Part shown: piece by piece, positions 11,601 through 23,944 of the stretch | Layout of the letters: every line of letters begins with the position of its first letter | How positions within the stretch are numbered: the first letter of the stretch is position 1 | DNA from: Narcine bancroftii | Taxonomy: Eukaryota | Direction of reading: 5' to 3' | Assembly: GCF_036971445.1 (NCBI RefSeq) | Contig: NC_091472.1 | Location: 306,776,001 to 306,840,000 of the forward strand | Length of the DNA: 64,000 nt | Notes under the pieces: generated by a model | Told to the model about the DNA's origin: nothing | Database searches by the model: none | The model's input: the letters and a program-made list of their open reading frames with translations, nothing else | Made by a program: the position numbers and the translations under genes

Positions 11601-14600
11601 ATGGTGTGATTAGCCCAGTTGCGCCCTTTCATGGAACTTCCGGTCCCTACAACTCATAAAGCCCTTAAAAGAAATCAGGGATTTTTCTCCTACTATGTGC
11701 AGTGGGTAACTCGCTACACCAGCAAAGCCCAACCTCTTATCAAAATGTCTCTTTTCCCCCTCTCAGAACAAGCTCTTGCAGTTTTCATTAATATCAAGCA
11801 AGACATTGCCAGAGCCTCCATGCACACTATCAACGAATCTAAACCATTCCAAGTGGAAAGTGACGCCTCAGATTTTGTCTTGGCTACTACCTTAAATCAA
11901 GCAGTCAGACCCGTTGCCTTCTTCTCCCTCACCCTGCAGGGCCCTGAAATATGACACTCCTCAGTTGAGGAAGAAGCTAGAGCAGTTGTCAAAGCTATTA
12001 GACACTTGGCAGTATTGTCTAGCAGGTAGACGATTCACCCTAGTCACTGACCAACAATCTGTGGCCTTCATGTTCAACAACCAGGCTCAGAGCAAAACTA
12101 AAAATGACAAAATACTCTGCTGGAGATTGGACCTATCCACCTTCAACTACGACATTCCGTACCGCCCAGGCAAACTCGATCAATCCTCTGATGCCCTATC
12201 CAGAGGTACTTGTTCCTCTGTAAATTTTGCTCAACTCCAAACATTACACAATCAGTTATTCCACCCTGGGGTAACAAGGCTCTACCACTTGGTGAAATCA
12301 TGCCACCTCCCTGACTCTGTTGATGAGGTTCGCGCGGTCATTATCAATTGCCAAATCTGTGCAGAGTACCAACCTCAACAAATCCACCCGTCCCTTCGAA
12401 TGCCTCAGTATTGACTTCAAAGGGCCCCTACCTTCCACCAACCCCAACATATACATCCTCATCATTATCGATGAATTCTCCTGTTCCCCTTTCGCAATTC
12501 CCTGCAATGACTCATCCTCCGCTACGGTGACCAAGTGCCTCGATCACCTCTTCGGTTACCCAGAATACATGCACAGTGACAGGGGATCCTCCTTCATGAG
12601 TGACGAACTCTGCCAGTACCTACTGGCCAGAGGCATTGCCAGCAGCCAGACCACTAGCTACAACCCACAAGGTAACGGACAAGTAAAGAAAACTCCGTAA
12701 CCTGGAAGGCCACCCCACTCCTTGCTCCCAAAACTAAACACCTCTGTCTCCCACTGGCAAGAACTTCTCCCCACCATGCTACATTCCATCCGCTCCCTCC
12801 TTTGCACAGCCACCAATGTGACACCTCACAAGGAAATCAACGATTGGAACGGCTATGCCTATCTAGCTCACAACCCCTGGAACTGTGCTGCTCAAGCGTA
12901 ATATCAGAATCCACAAATCAGATCCATTAGTCAAACGAGTTCAACTCCTTCATGCTAACCCACATTATGCCTTTGCCATTTTTTTTCCAATGGACACAGT
13001 GTCTGTTCGATACCTTGCACCAGCTAGGGTGCTTGAGTCACTACTTCCACCTCAAACATCCAGCCCACTCACACAAGTACCACATGCTATCCAACCACCT
13101 AACTCTTGTGGCCATGGGGATGAACTATGGTCAACCCCACTGAGGGGCTCTTCAAAGTGCAGTTCACTTTGACATTCAGTTGCCAAATCCCCAAGCTCAG
13201 GAATTCCTTCTGTGAACCACTCTTCTTTTAAGATAGAGCAAGGTTTTAAGAAGGAGGAATGGATGTCAAAAGCTCTCCTTAAACCTAACATCTTTGACAA
13301 AGTTTTATTCATCTGCCCAAATACATTGGGCCCAGCATCAAATTTTCCTGACTAATATTTCTATGAAATACTTTGGAACAGTTTCCTAAGTTCATGCACG
13401 CTGAATTCCTGGACCATTTAAGAGGTAAATCAGATTATGCTAGTTTTCTCTGCAGCAATTTTTCAGTGGCTTATTTCACACACCCAATACATCAGAGCCA
13501 AGATGAGGGTGGAGGACGCTGTGGACATTGGGAGGGTTTACATGGCACACTGGTTCAAGATCTGCGGAAGTGACACCAATGCTAAAACTAGAGATGAGTC
13601 CTTGAAAATGCCAATAAATAGCTCAATAGCTGCTTCAGGACCTCAAATAGGAAGAGGCTGGCTCACTCAAGTAAGCCTTACAATGTCTTAATTGGTGATC
13701 CCTTCACTGGAGGCTCAATGTTCATTGGGCATCAGCTTGCTTGTCCTCAGGGTTACACAAATTTCCAAGATACTTGGATTTAATTGTACGTTTCTACTTC
13801 CCCTCCAACTCCCACCCCCGCTGGGTACAGCCAGAAATCTATGCACATTTGTGCTTTGAAATTATTTTTGTTAGCTACTATATTGTTTAAGCATCTTATT
13901 TTGGTTTCATTTGAGGGGTATTACAGCAAGGGCATTTTACTCATGTCACTTAAAACTAACGTCTGTGGTGACAAACGTGTAAAATGTTCATTATTTATTA
14001 ATTTCTAGCTTTTTATAATGATCTATGATTATCACAATTAGAGATTATTTTGATCGTAATTATCCAATACTGAGTTTTCCAACCCTGTAAAATGGTACGT
14101 ATTTAAATGTACTAATAGTGTACCTTTATGTTCAAAATATAAAACACAGATGGTTAAGCATCAGTTTCCTACTTTATAGGTGTCTCTTCATATCAGCTGC
14201 TCAATTATGAAGACAAATCCGATGTGTCGCTGAGGGGTAATCTGGGAAATCCTGTTATTCGTGACATTGGATTTAATATTGATGGATCTTATTCTGTGGC
14301 AATGAAAGCTTCATTTGGAATAGTGACAAAACACGAGGTTGAGGTTCCAATACTGCTCAGGGAGATCATAAACAGGTAATTTAGCCACTTTCCAATATGC
14401 TTTAGTAGTAATATTATCAAAACACAATGAAGGATTCTTGAATGGATTAATTAACAAAGTTAGTGGATCATAAACCATATATGCATTGATGCTAAAAGTT
14501 ACATGGAACATTTTCCTTAACACTAAGACTAATTGATATTGTAATGGTTCTGTGTTAATATTAAAATTTAGGTCAATGTTAAACTATATTTCTTATAAAC

Positions 14601-17600
14601 ATGCCTTAGGTTGGTTACACCGGTCACAGTATATTTTCAGAGAACTATTGTACTCAAATAAAGGAGTTCATTCTCAGAGTCGACGTGTCTCGATAGACAG
14701 AGCCATAATGGAACAGAAGTATTCTTAATTGAAACTCAGGTGTGGTTCTTAAAAGCAATTAAGCCTCTTGAACAGAGATGAAGTCAGACAAGACGTTCTG
14801 CAGAAATGAAACTAAAACTGTTAAGGATTGCAGTATATGTCATGTGGTTTCCAAGAATTGGGACTGATCTTGTTGATGATGTAATGTCACATGACTTGGA
14901 GAAATGTATTATCAAATTCAGATATTTTTGGATCAGTTTCATAAGTAAAAACTCTGTGACACACAGGGGTTGGAACCTTGTGGAAGACGGGGTTTAATTA
15001 CAGTAACAAGAATAGGTGTTACTCTTTAATAAAAGGGGGACACAGAATAAGCAGATTTCAAAAGAGAAATCTACTTCTGACTGCCTCTTTAAGATAAAGA
15101 GGGAAATTTCATCGTTTGGAAAACAGATTCCAAAGTCTTCATTCAAAAGGAGAAGATTTGATCCTGGAAAGACAGGACTTGTATTATCCTTTACACAGAA
15201 GATATATTTGTGGCCCAGAAGATGGTCACTTCTGTTTGAAGACTATCTCTCAAGGACAACTCAAGGACAACTCATCCAATGAATTGTGAGTTTAATGAGG
15301 GCTGAAGATACGATGCTTACAAGTACTTTATAATTATTTCTGAACTGAGAGTTTAAGACCTTCAAAGCAAGACTAAAATGATACCGAGGTTTTAAAATGG
15401 ACTTTTCAGTTTGGAACTTACACACACATTTACATTTGCGCATTGTGGGATTAAATTTAGAGTTAGGTTTAGAGATAAGTATGAAATATTAGGTTATTAA
15501 TAGATTAATTAAAAAAACTATTATTTTGAATTTACTTTTGTTTGGTGAATTTTCCATTGCTGTTCCTTTGTTAGTACTAACAAAGTCCCTTTAGTCCCTA
15601 ACAAAATTATTTCATAACAAAATAGTATTATTAAAAACTGTGAACTCAAACATCGCAAATCCAAGATCTCTCATCATCATTTTGGTCTAATTATGGTGAC
15701 TAAATGGATGATTCTTTCAAAGACAACGCAGATTTGATCTGCATAGTTTCCCCACTGCTCTAAGATTCAGTCATTTGAATTTCTGGTTTCTCAATTTGTA
15801 AATAGACTAACATTTTGAATTCACCTCAGAAAAATTGATGTGGAACATTGCCTTGTCCGTCAGCTGAAAGAAAGGCAACGTGCTGTACTGTGCGTTGTCA
15901 TGGAGAGCATCCGCACCACTCGGCAGTGCTCACTCACTATGCATGCAGGCATGAGAGGAAAAACAATGAGGGTAGGTCTCATCATCATCTTCAGTGCGGT
16001 TAATAATATGATCACTGTTTACAGACCTCAAAGTGATCACCATCTGAAGGATGCCTGTGAGGATCTGTTTATAAGTGAGACAAAATTTTACACATGTTCC
16101 TCCTTTCTTTCTCCCTCCGTCACATACTTTTGTTCCCATTGGTAATGGGTCCACTTTCTTTTACTAAAATGTTCGCCATTCTTTTACACTTTTCTAAATC
16201 ACAAATTCTATACTCTGTCTGCCCAAAACAAAAAATTAGTGGCTTGATAGCCATAACATTTGTACGTCATTAATTGTTGCAACTCAAAAAATGTCATGTT
16301 TTACTGTATTCAGCCTTACTTAAATGGAAAAGGACATTTTATAGTTGGCCTATACATAATGCATTTTTACACCAACAGGCAAAGTCAACATCTTATTCAA
16401 CAAATATAAATGAAATCATTAATACTTTAAGCTTGTCGAAAGGTGTCATTCAAAAATTGTTTTAATATACTAAAGAGAAAAAAATATTGAACTTGGGAAA
16501 GAGCTTCATTCAGGGATTAGAGAACCAGAATATAATGTTGAGCGAAATGTAGGGAAGTACAAGATTGGAAATGACTCGAAAGCCCACCTTTTCAGTCACA
16601 CAAACCATTACTTGTTTAAAATGAACAGAATCATATTAAGTGAAAGCTCAGTGTCAATCTTGGTTTTAAAGTATTGTAGAATTACAATTTAGATATTACC
16701 ATGATGTGCTTGTGATATGGAATTTAATTTTGATTTACAAATGTTAAATGCTACAGGAAAAGCTAAAAGCAGATCAGGCAGCATGGGTGGAGTGTTGAAA
16801 AGAATTAGTGTTTCAGTACTGGTACGAACTTTGGGTTTTGTTTTAGATTTTAAGCATTTGCAGATTTATGCCTTTTATTTAAAGCAGATTGCTCATTCTG
16901 TTTATGGTGATCATTCTAGTTTCAGATCGATAATGGACAAAATCATAAGGGTTGGGACAAAACCCTTGTCATTCCAGCTCATACAACAATTGCATTTAGT
17001 GTTTTTGAGCTCTACATCCATTTGGATGGCCATTTTGGTAAGTACAGCTTTAGCGATATTGTTGGACAGCAGCTTTAAATATGAAGAATGTTTCAATGCA
17101 CATGCAATCAATAATAAAAGCTATCTTCCCATTTCATTTAAATTAAGATAATAAATATACAGTAAAACCCCTGGTATCTGGCACTTAAGGGGATTGGTAG
17201 ATGCCCGATAAGTGAGTTTTCTGGTTGCTTGAAACTCATTCTTACAATGCCTAACTAATACACCTGCATTAAGATTAAACAGTTTAAAATACTAGACTGT
17301 ATTTACACTAAACAAGCTTCACTTGCATTAATATATAAAACTTAGAGCATTTTACTTTATTTTCAGTCACATTCTTTGAAAACATTTAACAATCTCCCCC
17401 TCCATGGAGTCACTCGAAAGACGAACTATAACATTATAATTAACTCACCCCCACAAATTTACAGATAAAGCCTTACTAATATTAGTAATATTTAATAATA
17501 TACTAATTATGATAAAGACTCTAACTAAGCAGGGATGAAGAGACCCTTTAAGAGAGTCATCCCAATGGTGAACAGCATCAACTTGCTCTTCATCGTGGGC

Positions 17601-20600
17601 AACACCATTTTATTCAAACACAACTTAATTCAAACAGCAGTTATGAGTTAAACACGGCCAAGGCGCTCCACTGGCTGAATATCGTCATCAAAGATTTATG
17701 TTATTTCAGAGAACATTTACTTTGATAATGTTAAACTTTTATTTATTCTCATTCATTCCATTTGGTTGCTTGAGGTTGGCAGTTGTTTGAATTCCGGATA
17801 ACAGGGATTTTACTGTACATAAGCTGACACTTGTACCTCTAGGATTAGTAGTCATATTTTTTTTCTTTTTTAAAAATCCATAAATTCTCAATTGGTGGGT
17901 GATGTATTTCTCATTTGATGCCTGTGCAGGAAAATGAACACAAATTATTTATAGTGAAGCTATAGTTAAGGCTGTAAAATATGTTGGTTAAACTACACTT
18001 GGTCATGGTCACTATACTGTAGTAAGGATGTCATTAAGTTAGAGAGGGTCCAGAAAAGATTATTTATGTTGCTGGGATTGGAGAGCTGTGTTAAAAGGCA
18101 ACACTGGATAGGCTGAGACTGCTTTCCCCGGAGTAAAGGAGTGTTGAAGGAAGTTTATAACATTATGAGTCAATAATGTGAATGGTCAGAGAGTCTCTTT
18201 CCCAGGGTAGGGAATCTAAAACTATAAGGCATTGGTTTAAGGTGAGAGGGGAAAGATATCAAGGGATCCATGGGGTGCTTATATGGAATGCGTTGCCAGA
18301 GGAAGTAGTTGAAATTGGAACAATGACAATATTAAAAAAAGATATTTGGACAGGTACATAGGTATTGAATTGTTTATTGTTACATGTATCAAGAAAAGCT
18401 TTGTTCTGTGTGCTATGCAGGCAAGACAACCCATACTCAAGAACAGTAGGTTATGCAATAATAAAACAATACAGGATGTAGTATTATAGGAAGTCATAAT
18501 GTGTAGGACATAGAGAATATTATAGTTAAAGAGCAGGGGCATCATCTTTTGAGAGGTGCATTTAATGCTAAAAGTTGCACAGAACACTTAACACCAAAAT
18601 GAATTCATGTAGTATTATTAACAGCAAATTCAAACATTGCAAACCCAAAGTCTTGATCTTGGCCATCATTTTGGCCTAATTATGATGACTAAATACATGA
18701 TTCTTTTGAATACAACACAGATTTAATCTGAATAATTTTACCACTGCTGTGAAATTCAGTGATTTGAATTTCTGATTTCTCCATTTGTAAATAGACTAAG
18801 ATTTTGAATTCCCCTCAGAAAAATTGATGTGTAACATTGCCTTCTCCATCAGTTGAAAGCCAGGCAACATGTTTGAATCTGGAGGACTGTCCAATAGGAA
18901 AGGTTTAAAAGGATATAGGCAAACTGCAGGCAAATCAGAATCAGAAGTTATTGTCATGAACAAGTCATGAAATTTGGAGGGCACAAAAAGAAGGCCGTGT
19001 CTTTGGTTCTGTGATCATTCAGGAATCTGATGGCAGCAGGGAAAAAGCTGACCTCGTGCCATTGACTGGTCGTCTTTAGGCTCGTGTACCTCCTTCTTAA
19101 TGGTAGCAGTGTGAAGAGGGCATGGCCTGGATGGGGGGGATCTTTAAGGTTAGAGGCTGCTTCTTAAAGACACTGCCTCATGTAGATGTCCTCGATGGAG
19201 TGAAGTCTGGTGCCTGGGATGTCGCAGGCCAGACCAGCTCAGATAAACCCCTGCAGTGTGGCCAAGTTGGTCTGTGACTATGTCTAGGAATCTACAAGCA
19301 AAGTTAAATTTGACTTTAAAAATGCTGGATAATTGTTTAAATCTGCATCTGTATACTTTACATTTAGAATTGTGTGTGACATCTGAATCAAAAGGCGGAT
19401 TTGAGAAGGAACAACTAACAGAGCAATTGGGTGGTCTAATGAATCGATTTTCAGTGTGGAAACTGCGGCGATGTCTGTCTGATTTCTTTTATGGTAGCCC
19501 TTTCAGATCAGGTGAGGTTTTCCTTCAATATTGGAGAGTGATTTGAATAAATTACAAATTATCATACCAGTCTAAATGAAAAAAACCAAATAATCAATTT
19601 ATCATCTTGCAGCTGTGGTGCGCTGTTAGACAGAATCAGACACACACAAGGTAAAGACTGTACAACAGGCTTTAATCCACAAAAAGCTCCACAGAGCCAG
19701 GCCGGCTGTGGCTGCAGCAACTCTGAGGCCTCGGGAGGCCGGCACAGGCTTATATCCCGGAGGGTGATTGACACCCGACCGGGTGGGGCTTGATCCACTC
19801 AGGCCGACTGATTGACAGCCGGCCAGGTGTTGTCCTTACACTCCTGCAGGTACAGAGGTTGCCCCCTGCAGTAGGCCAGTGGTGTACCACCACTTTCTAT
19901 GTTGCATGTGTTATGTTTTGTAGCAAAAGCACAGAAATGCTGGAGGAACTCAGTACGTCTCACAGCATCCAAAGGAGGTAAAGATAACCAAGGTTTGGGG
20001 TTTGAGGCCTTCTTCAAGGTTCCTCCAGCAAGTCTGTGTTTTTACTAAGGTCAAGTGTCTGCAGACTTTCATGTTTCATGCTATTATGTTTTGTAGAATG
20101 CTTCAATTCTAGAATTCTTCTTGTTAATCTCCACTCACTCCATGGGCTTGCCTTTCTCTATCTCTGATATCTATTCAGAATGATAATCATTCAAGATATC
20201 TTCTCCCTTAAAGTCCTGGCAAACCTTACATTTGATCATTCCACCAATGCCTTCAGTGAGATACTAAATTCACCCCTGAAGTATTGCCTTTTTAATCCCT
20301 TTTCCAACCCCTGTCCCCAAGTTCAAAATGATCAAGAGTGGTCCCAGAGAGGATGTCCAAACTCCACTCAGAGGAACTCAAGATTGAAAACCAGAACACC
20401 GAGCTGGAAGTGAGCGGTTCTTGCCCAACCACTGTGTTCCTTATTTGTTTCCCAACAGCTTCAATTTTAGAAGTGGAGGATGGGGAAAGCATTTTCAAAA
20501 TGGTGTGATTGCAGTTCTCAACTTTATACTACTTAATTCTGGAAGCAGGCTTAGTGAGTCTTCATACAGCTGTAACCTTTATTTTACATTTTATCAGGCC

Positions 20601-22655
20601 TGGTTTAGCATAAAAATAAGCAATGTTGTGCTTTGCATTGAAACCACCTACAGGTTACGAATGCTCAGAGTCGATAAACGAGTAATTTGTCCAGTATTTA
20701 CAATTTTAAACTTCACTTCACTTTGGCTTGGCTTCGCAGACGAAGATTTATGGAGGGGTAATGTCCACGCCAGCTGAAGGCTCGTTTGTGGGACAGGCAG
20801 ACACGGTTGCAGCGGTTGCAGGGGAAAATTGGTGGGTTGGGGTTGGGTGTTGGGTTTCCCCCCTTTGTCTTTTGTCAGTGAGGTGGGCTCTGCGGTCTTC
20901 TTCCAAGGAGATTGGTGCCCGCCGAACTGTGAGGCACGGTTGGAGGCGAGATCAGCCCACTGGCGGTGGTCAATGTGCCAGGCACCAAGAGATTTTAAAC
21001 ACTACATTACTAATTGCTTTCACTGAAAATTACTCCAGCAATGAAAGTTGTAGATTTTGGATCAGCTATTGGTTGGTGCTTTTCCTTACAATATTAAAGA
21101 GTTTGATATGACTTACAACTGCAGTACAACTGAAAACCTCAAGATGAGATCCCAATTATGAGGAGATCCCATTCAGAGTTGGAATCTGAAAATGCATCTT
21201 TAACCATCTTGACACTTATATTTTGCCTCATCTCATGGAGAAGCAGAATAGAATTGGCTGCCAAATGTTATTGCTGCTTTTATAAACATTATCTGTCAAA
21301 GGAAAATTGTGACTTCAGTTACATCTTTTTGAAATTCACCACTTATAGACTTGGTAATAAATTATATCACAAGATAAAGGAACAGAAGCAGGCCATTTAG
21401 CCCATCGAGTCTGCTCTGTATAATTTTGTTCATAATAAATGTTTTGTCTTAAATAGTTGAATTCTGCAGTCAAATTTTACACAACATTCTTCTCAGGAAT
21501 ATTGAAGGAAAATGTTGTATTCCCGTTTCTCACATTTATATACGGTACATAATTAAAATCAATGTCTAAAGAAGAATATTGGTAACAATGAATGAACCAC
21601 CCTCTTTTAGAGCTCCAAAAAAAGTTTGTTTCCAAAACTCCCCTCAAGGACCACAGATTAGACTGCATCTACATCACATTACGCTGAATGCAGCAACAAC
21701 GCCTCCTTTTAAGCATGTTTCATTCAGGCAGAGGCTGCTTTGAGCAGAGCCTGGAGACATCACCGCCGCTGCCGCCAAACGAATAAGTTCTTCCTCCTGT
21801 TTGTTGATAATTTGGACCTCTGTTGGCACAATTCTGTGTGATTCTGCATTGTGAGCTGTTGCCAATTCAAATGTCATTTGCAACAGGAAGTCAGGTCTCG
21901 TCTGGTTGTAACATTTTCATTTACAAATTTTGTAAGTAGATGGGCTTGTAAGTTTGACTTAATTTGCTACAAAGTCCCTTTGTCATTGACCACTTCCTTC
22001 TCTGCAATAACAAAAAGACCAAGCATCGACATGCCTGGGTCATTTCCTCGCTGAAACGTTCCTAGACTAAAGGAAGCAATTGTTCTGGGAAAAATAAACT
22101 ATTGTTTTTTGTTTACTTATTTTTTCAAGTACTATCAGGCACCTGGAATCACCATTTAAATTCCTGAATTTTAACGTCTGCACAGAAAAGTGGTTTTCTT
22201 TCAATAAAATAGGGAAAGTGGGATTCTGGTTTTCAATGCTGTTTCACCATTTCCAATTATTGATCTTAGTATTGAGAAGCCAAATTTAGCCATTGGATTC
22301 TTTGAGAAATGTGTTAATCAGCGAGTCAACTTTGTTACCGTTTACGTAAACAGATGAAAAAATGTTGGATGGTATCAGAAATTCAGATCTTTATTTGGAG
22401 GATTTGATCGCTGACTTCTCGGAAAAGGCCACAAGCATGACAGATGTTTCCACCAACTATCTTCGAGATAATACACACACGCGAGTCAACCTTCTGAATA
22501 ATAATATTGCTAAAGGGCCTTGTGTTCTTTGTGGCTTGGGAAACTCTCGAAGAGAGACTGTATATGGATGCCTCGAATGCTCTTTCAATGGACAGAAATA
22601 TGTGAGACTGCATGTGGTGCCGTGCTTTGATCTGTGGCACAGAAGAGTGAGATGA
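8439..22655 (+). CDS. PJVK: pejvakin (gasdermin family, DFNB59); join 8439-8649,14180-14375,15830-15971,16920-17037,19368-19511,22354-22655; 1113 nt, 370 aa
   Basis: All six exons are GT-AG bounded and join in frame; [19 protein letters not shown] ... [14 protein letters not shown] matches pejvakin; synteny with FKBP7 and PLEKHA3. Confidence 0.96.
8962..9975 (-). mobile_element. solo LTR inserted in a CR1 3' remnant
   Basis: TG...CA termini, 4-bp TSD TATT (8958-8961, 9976-9979); homologous to 25905-26776 and 32474-32742; orientation inferred. Confidence 0.75.
10240..13170 (+). mobile_element. decayed Gypsy internal region (gag-pol: protease, RT, RNase H, integrase)
   Basis: [78 protein letters not shown]; many stops. 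Confidence 0.9.
14180..14375 (+). CDS. PJVK: pejvakin coding exon 2
   Basis: TAG| (G)[17 protein letters not shown]...[22 protein letters not shown] |GTAATT; 196 nt. Confidence 0.95.
14540..15582 (+). mobile_element. solo-LTR-like repeat, distant relative of the 8962-9975 family
   Basis: TGTAAT...TAACA termini; 3' part resembles the reverse complement of ~8990-9150; no clean TSD. Confidence 0.45.
15830..15971 (+). CDS. PJVK: pejvakin coding exon 3
   Basis: CAG| [47 protein letters not shown] |GTAGGT; 142 nt. Confidence 0.95.
16920..17037 (+). CDS. PJVK: pejvakin coding exon 4
   Basis: TAG| [39 protein letters not shown] |GTAAGT; 118 nt. Confidence 0.93.
17160..17815. mobile_element. Tigger/pogo-like MITE
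   Basis: TA-CAGTAAAACCCCTGGTATCTGG ... CCGGATAACAGGGATTTTACTG-TA. Confidence 0.75.
18610..18871 (+). pseudogene. duplicated copy of PJVK intron 2 end + first ~53 nt of exon 3 (pseudo-exon)
   Basis: Collinear with 15623-15882; acceptor AG kept (18817-18818); GAA>TAA at 18832-18834. Confidence 0.85.
19368..19511 (+). CDS. PJVK: pejvakin coding exon 5
   Basis: TAG| [16 protein letters not shown]...[10 protein letters not shown]|GTGAGG; 144 nt; phases fit neighbouring exons. Confidence 0.9.
19614..19893. mobile_element. short Gypsy-type solo LTR
   Basis: TGTGGTG ... CACCAC termini; same architecture as the LTRs at 1661 and 24658. Confidence 0.55.
20722..20995 (-). mobile_element. RTE LINE 3' fragment
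   Basis: Reverse complement of ~800-1105 with small deletions. Confidence 0.85.
22354..22655 (+). CDS. PJVK: pejvakin last coding exon (Cys/His-rich domain)
   Basis: CAG| [17 protein letters not shown]...[47 protein letters not shown]. Confidence 0.95.
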
Positions 22656-22859
22656 AGTATATGGTTTGTCTGGATTGGAACTCTTACGGTGACATCAGAT
22701 TAATTGTTTTTTTTTTAAAAGTAATTTTGAGCATGAATACATAGAACTTGCAGGTTTTAAAAGTGTAAACAGCAAAATGTAAAGTACAAATTATCAGACA
22801 AACATTGTAGTTACAAAATTTTATTGCTACTTTATTTTGAAATGAACAATTAACTATTT

Positions 22860-22865
22860 AATAAA
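22860..22865 (+). terminator. candidate PJVK polyadenylation signal
   Basis: First AATAAA after the stop codon, ~205 nt downstream. Confidence 0.5.
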
Positions 22866-23944
22866 CCATGATACAACTTCATAAAGTTGTCTTAATGCAC
22901 ACTTTAAAGGGACTCGTTTTCAGATTACTATTAAACATTCTGCTTTCCCTCGTGTACTGTAACCTGCTGCAGACACTCGGTAATGCAAGTAGGTTCATCT
23001 TCCTGTTTAACACGCGTACAGTGGAGTGCAATGATATCAGCTGGGTCATTAAAATTTGTTATAAGTTATCAAATTGCAAACAGTAAAGGTTTTCCAAGTC
23101 CAAGCAAAATCTAACAATTGGTGTGGTTCTCAATTTCAATCCACCACAGAATGTACTGTGCCATATTTCCATGAGATGCTTTCAGTTCTTTGCTGAACAA
23201 TTACAATTGATTACTTCATAATTAATTCAAATAAATCAATGAAGCCTGGTAGGCGATATGCACGTGATACATATCACAAAAACATGCCTTCTCAATCCCA
23301 TTGTACGAATACCTCAGTCGTATTTAAACTTAAATTTTTTTTAGTATTTATATGAGCCTTGTTCCTCAGCTGTGTGTTAAGTTTGAAGATGTGTAGAAGA
23401 ATCTGGCATGGAGATCTCAGAGGCTGTGTGTGGAGTTTGGAGGCTGTCTGTGATTTCACAGGCTTTCCTTTGCTACTCCAGCATCTACCCGCCCCCCCCC
23501 CCCCAAGAAAAATGTTGATTAGCTAATGTAAATTACTGCTTGTATAGAACTGCTGAATTAGGGCTGTGTTAACGAATGCATAGTTTGAGAATAGGTTGCA
23601 GAAAAATAAGTGAGGGGACTGGGACTAATGAGACATTCTACAACTTTCTGGTTGAGCCAGCAACTCCCAACTGTTCCTTCATATTCTTCTACCAGCCTTC
23701 CACTGAGAATTACTGATCTCTTTTTGATATAACCCTCCTTACCCAGCACTACATGAATAATCATTTCCAGAGGCTAAACTATCTGTATTTATTCATTTAT
23801 AAGAAAAGCCCTCATTTGTAGCACGAATGTACAGGCATTTTGACTTTGGTAGAATCTTAAAGTTCAGATGAAAAGTGAAAAAATTAACTTAAGTTTTAAA
23901 AGTTGCAGTGAAAATAATCATCTGCATAAGTACCAATTATTTTC

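Noticed and set aside
10240-13170. Intact or domesticated Gypsy pol gene
   Set aside because: Numerous stops and frameshifts in RT, RNase H and integrase; no flanking LTR pair
13437-13691. ORF with faint DEP-domain-like pattern (VFS..IFQWLI...VEDAVDIG...AH)
   Set aside because: Short, spacing does not fit, no supporting exon structure; likely chance (hmmscan would settle it)
19920-20060. Possible hammerhead ribozyme in Penelope-derived short repeats (also ~52025-52050)
   Set aside because: Core is degenerate (TTGAAGA...CAAAC instead of CTGANGA...GAAAC); not supportable as functional
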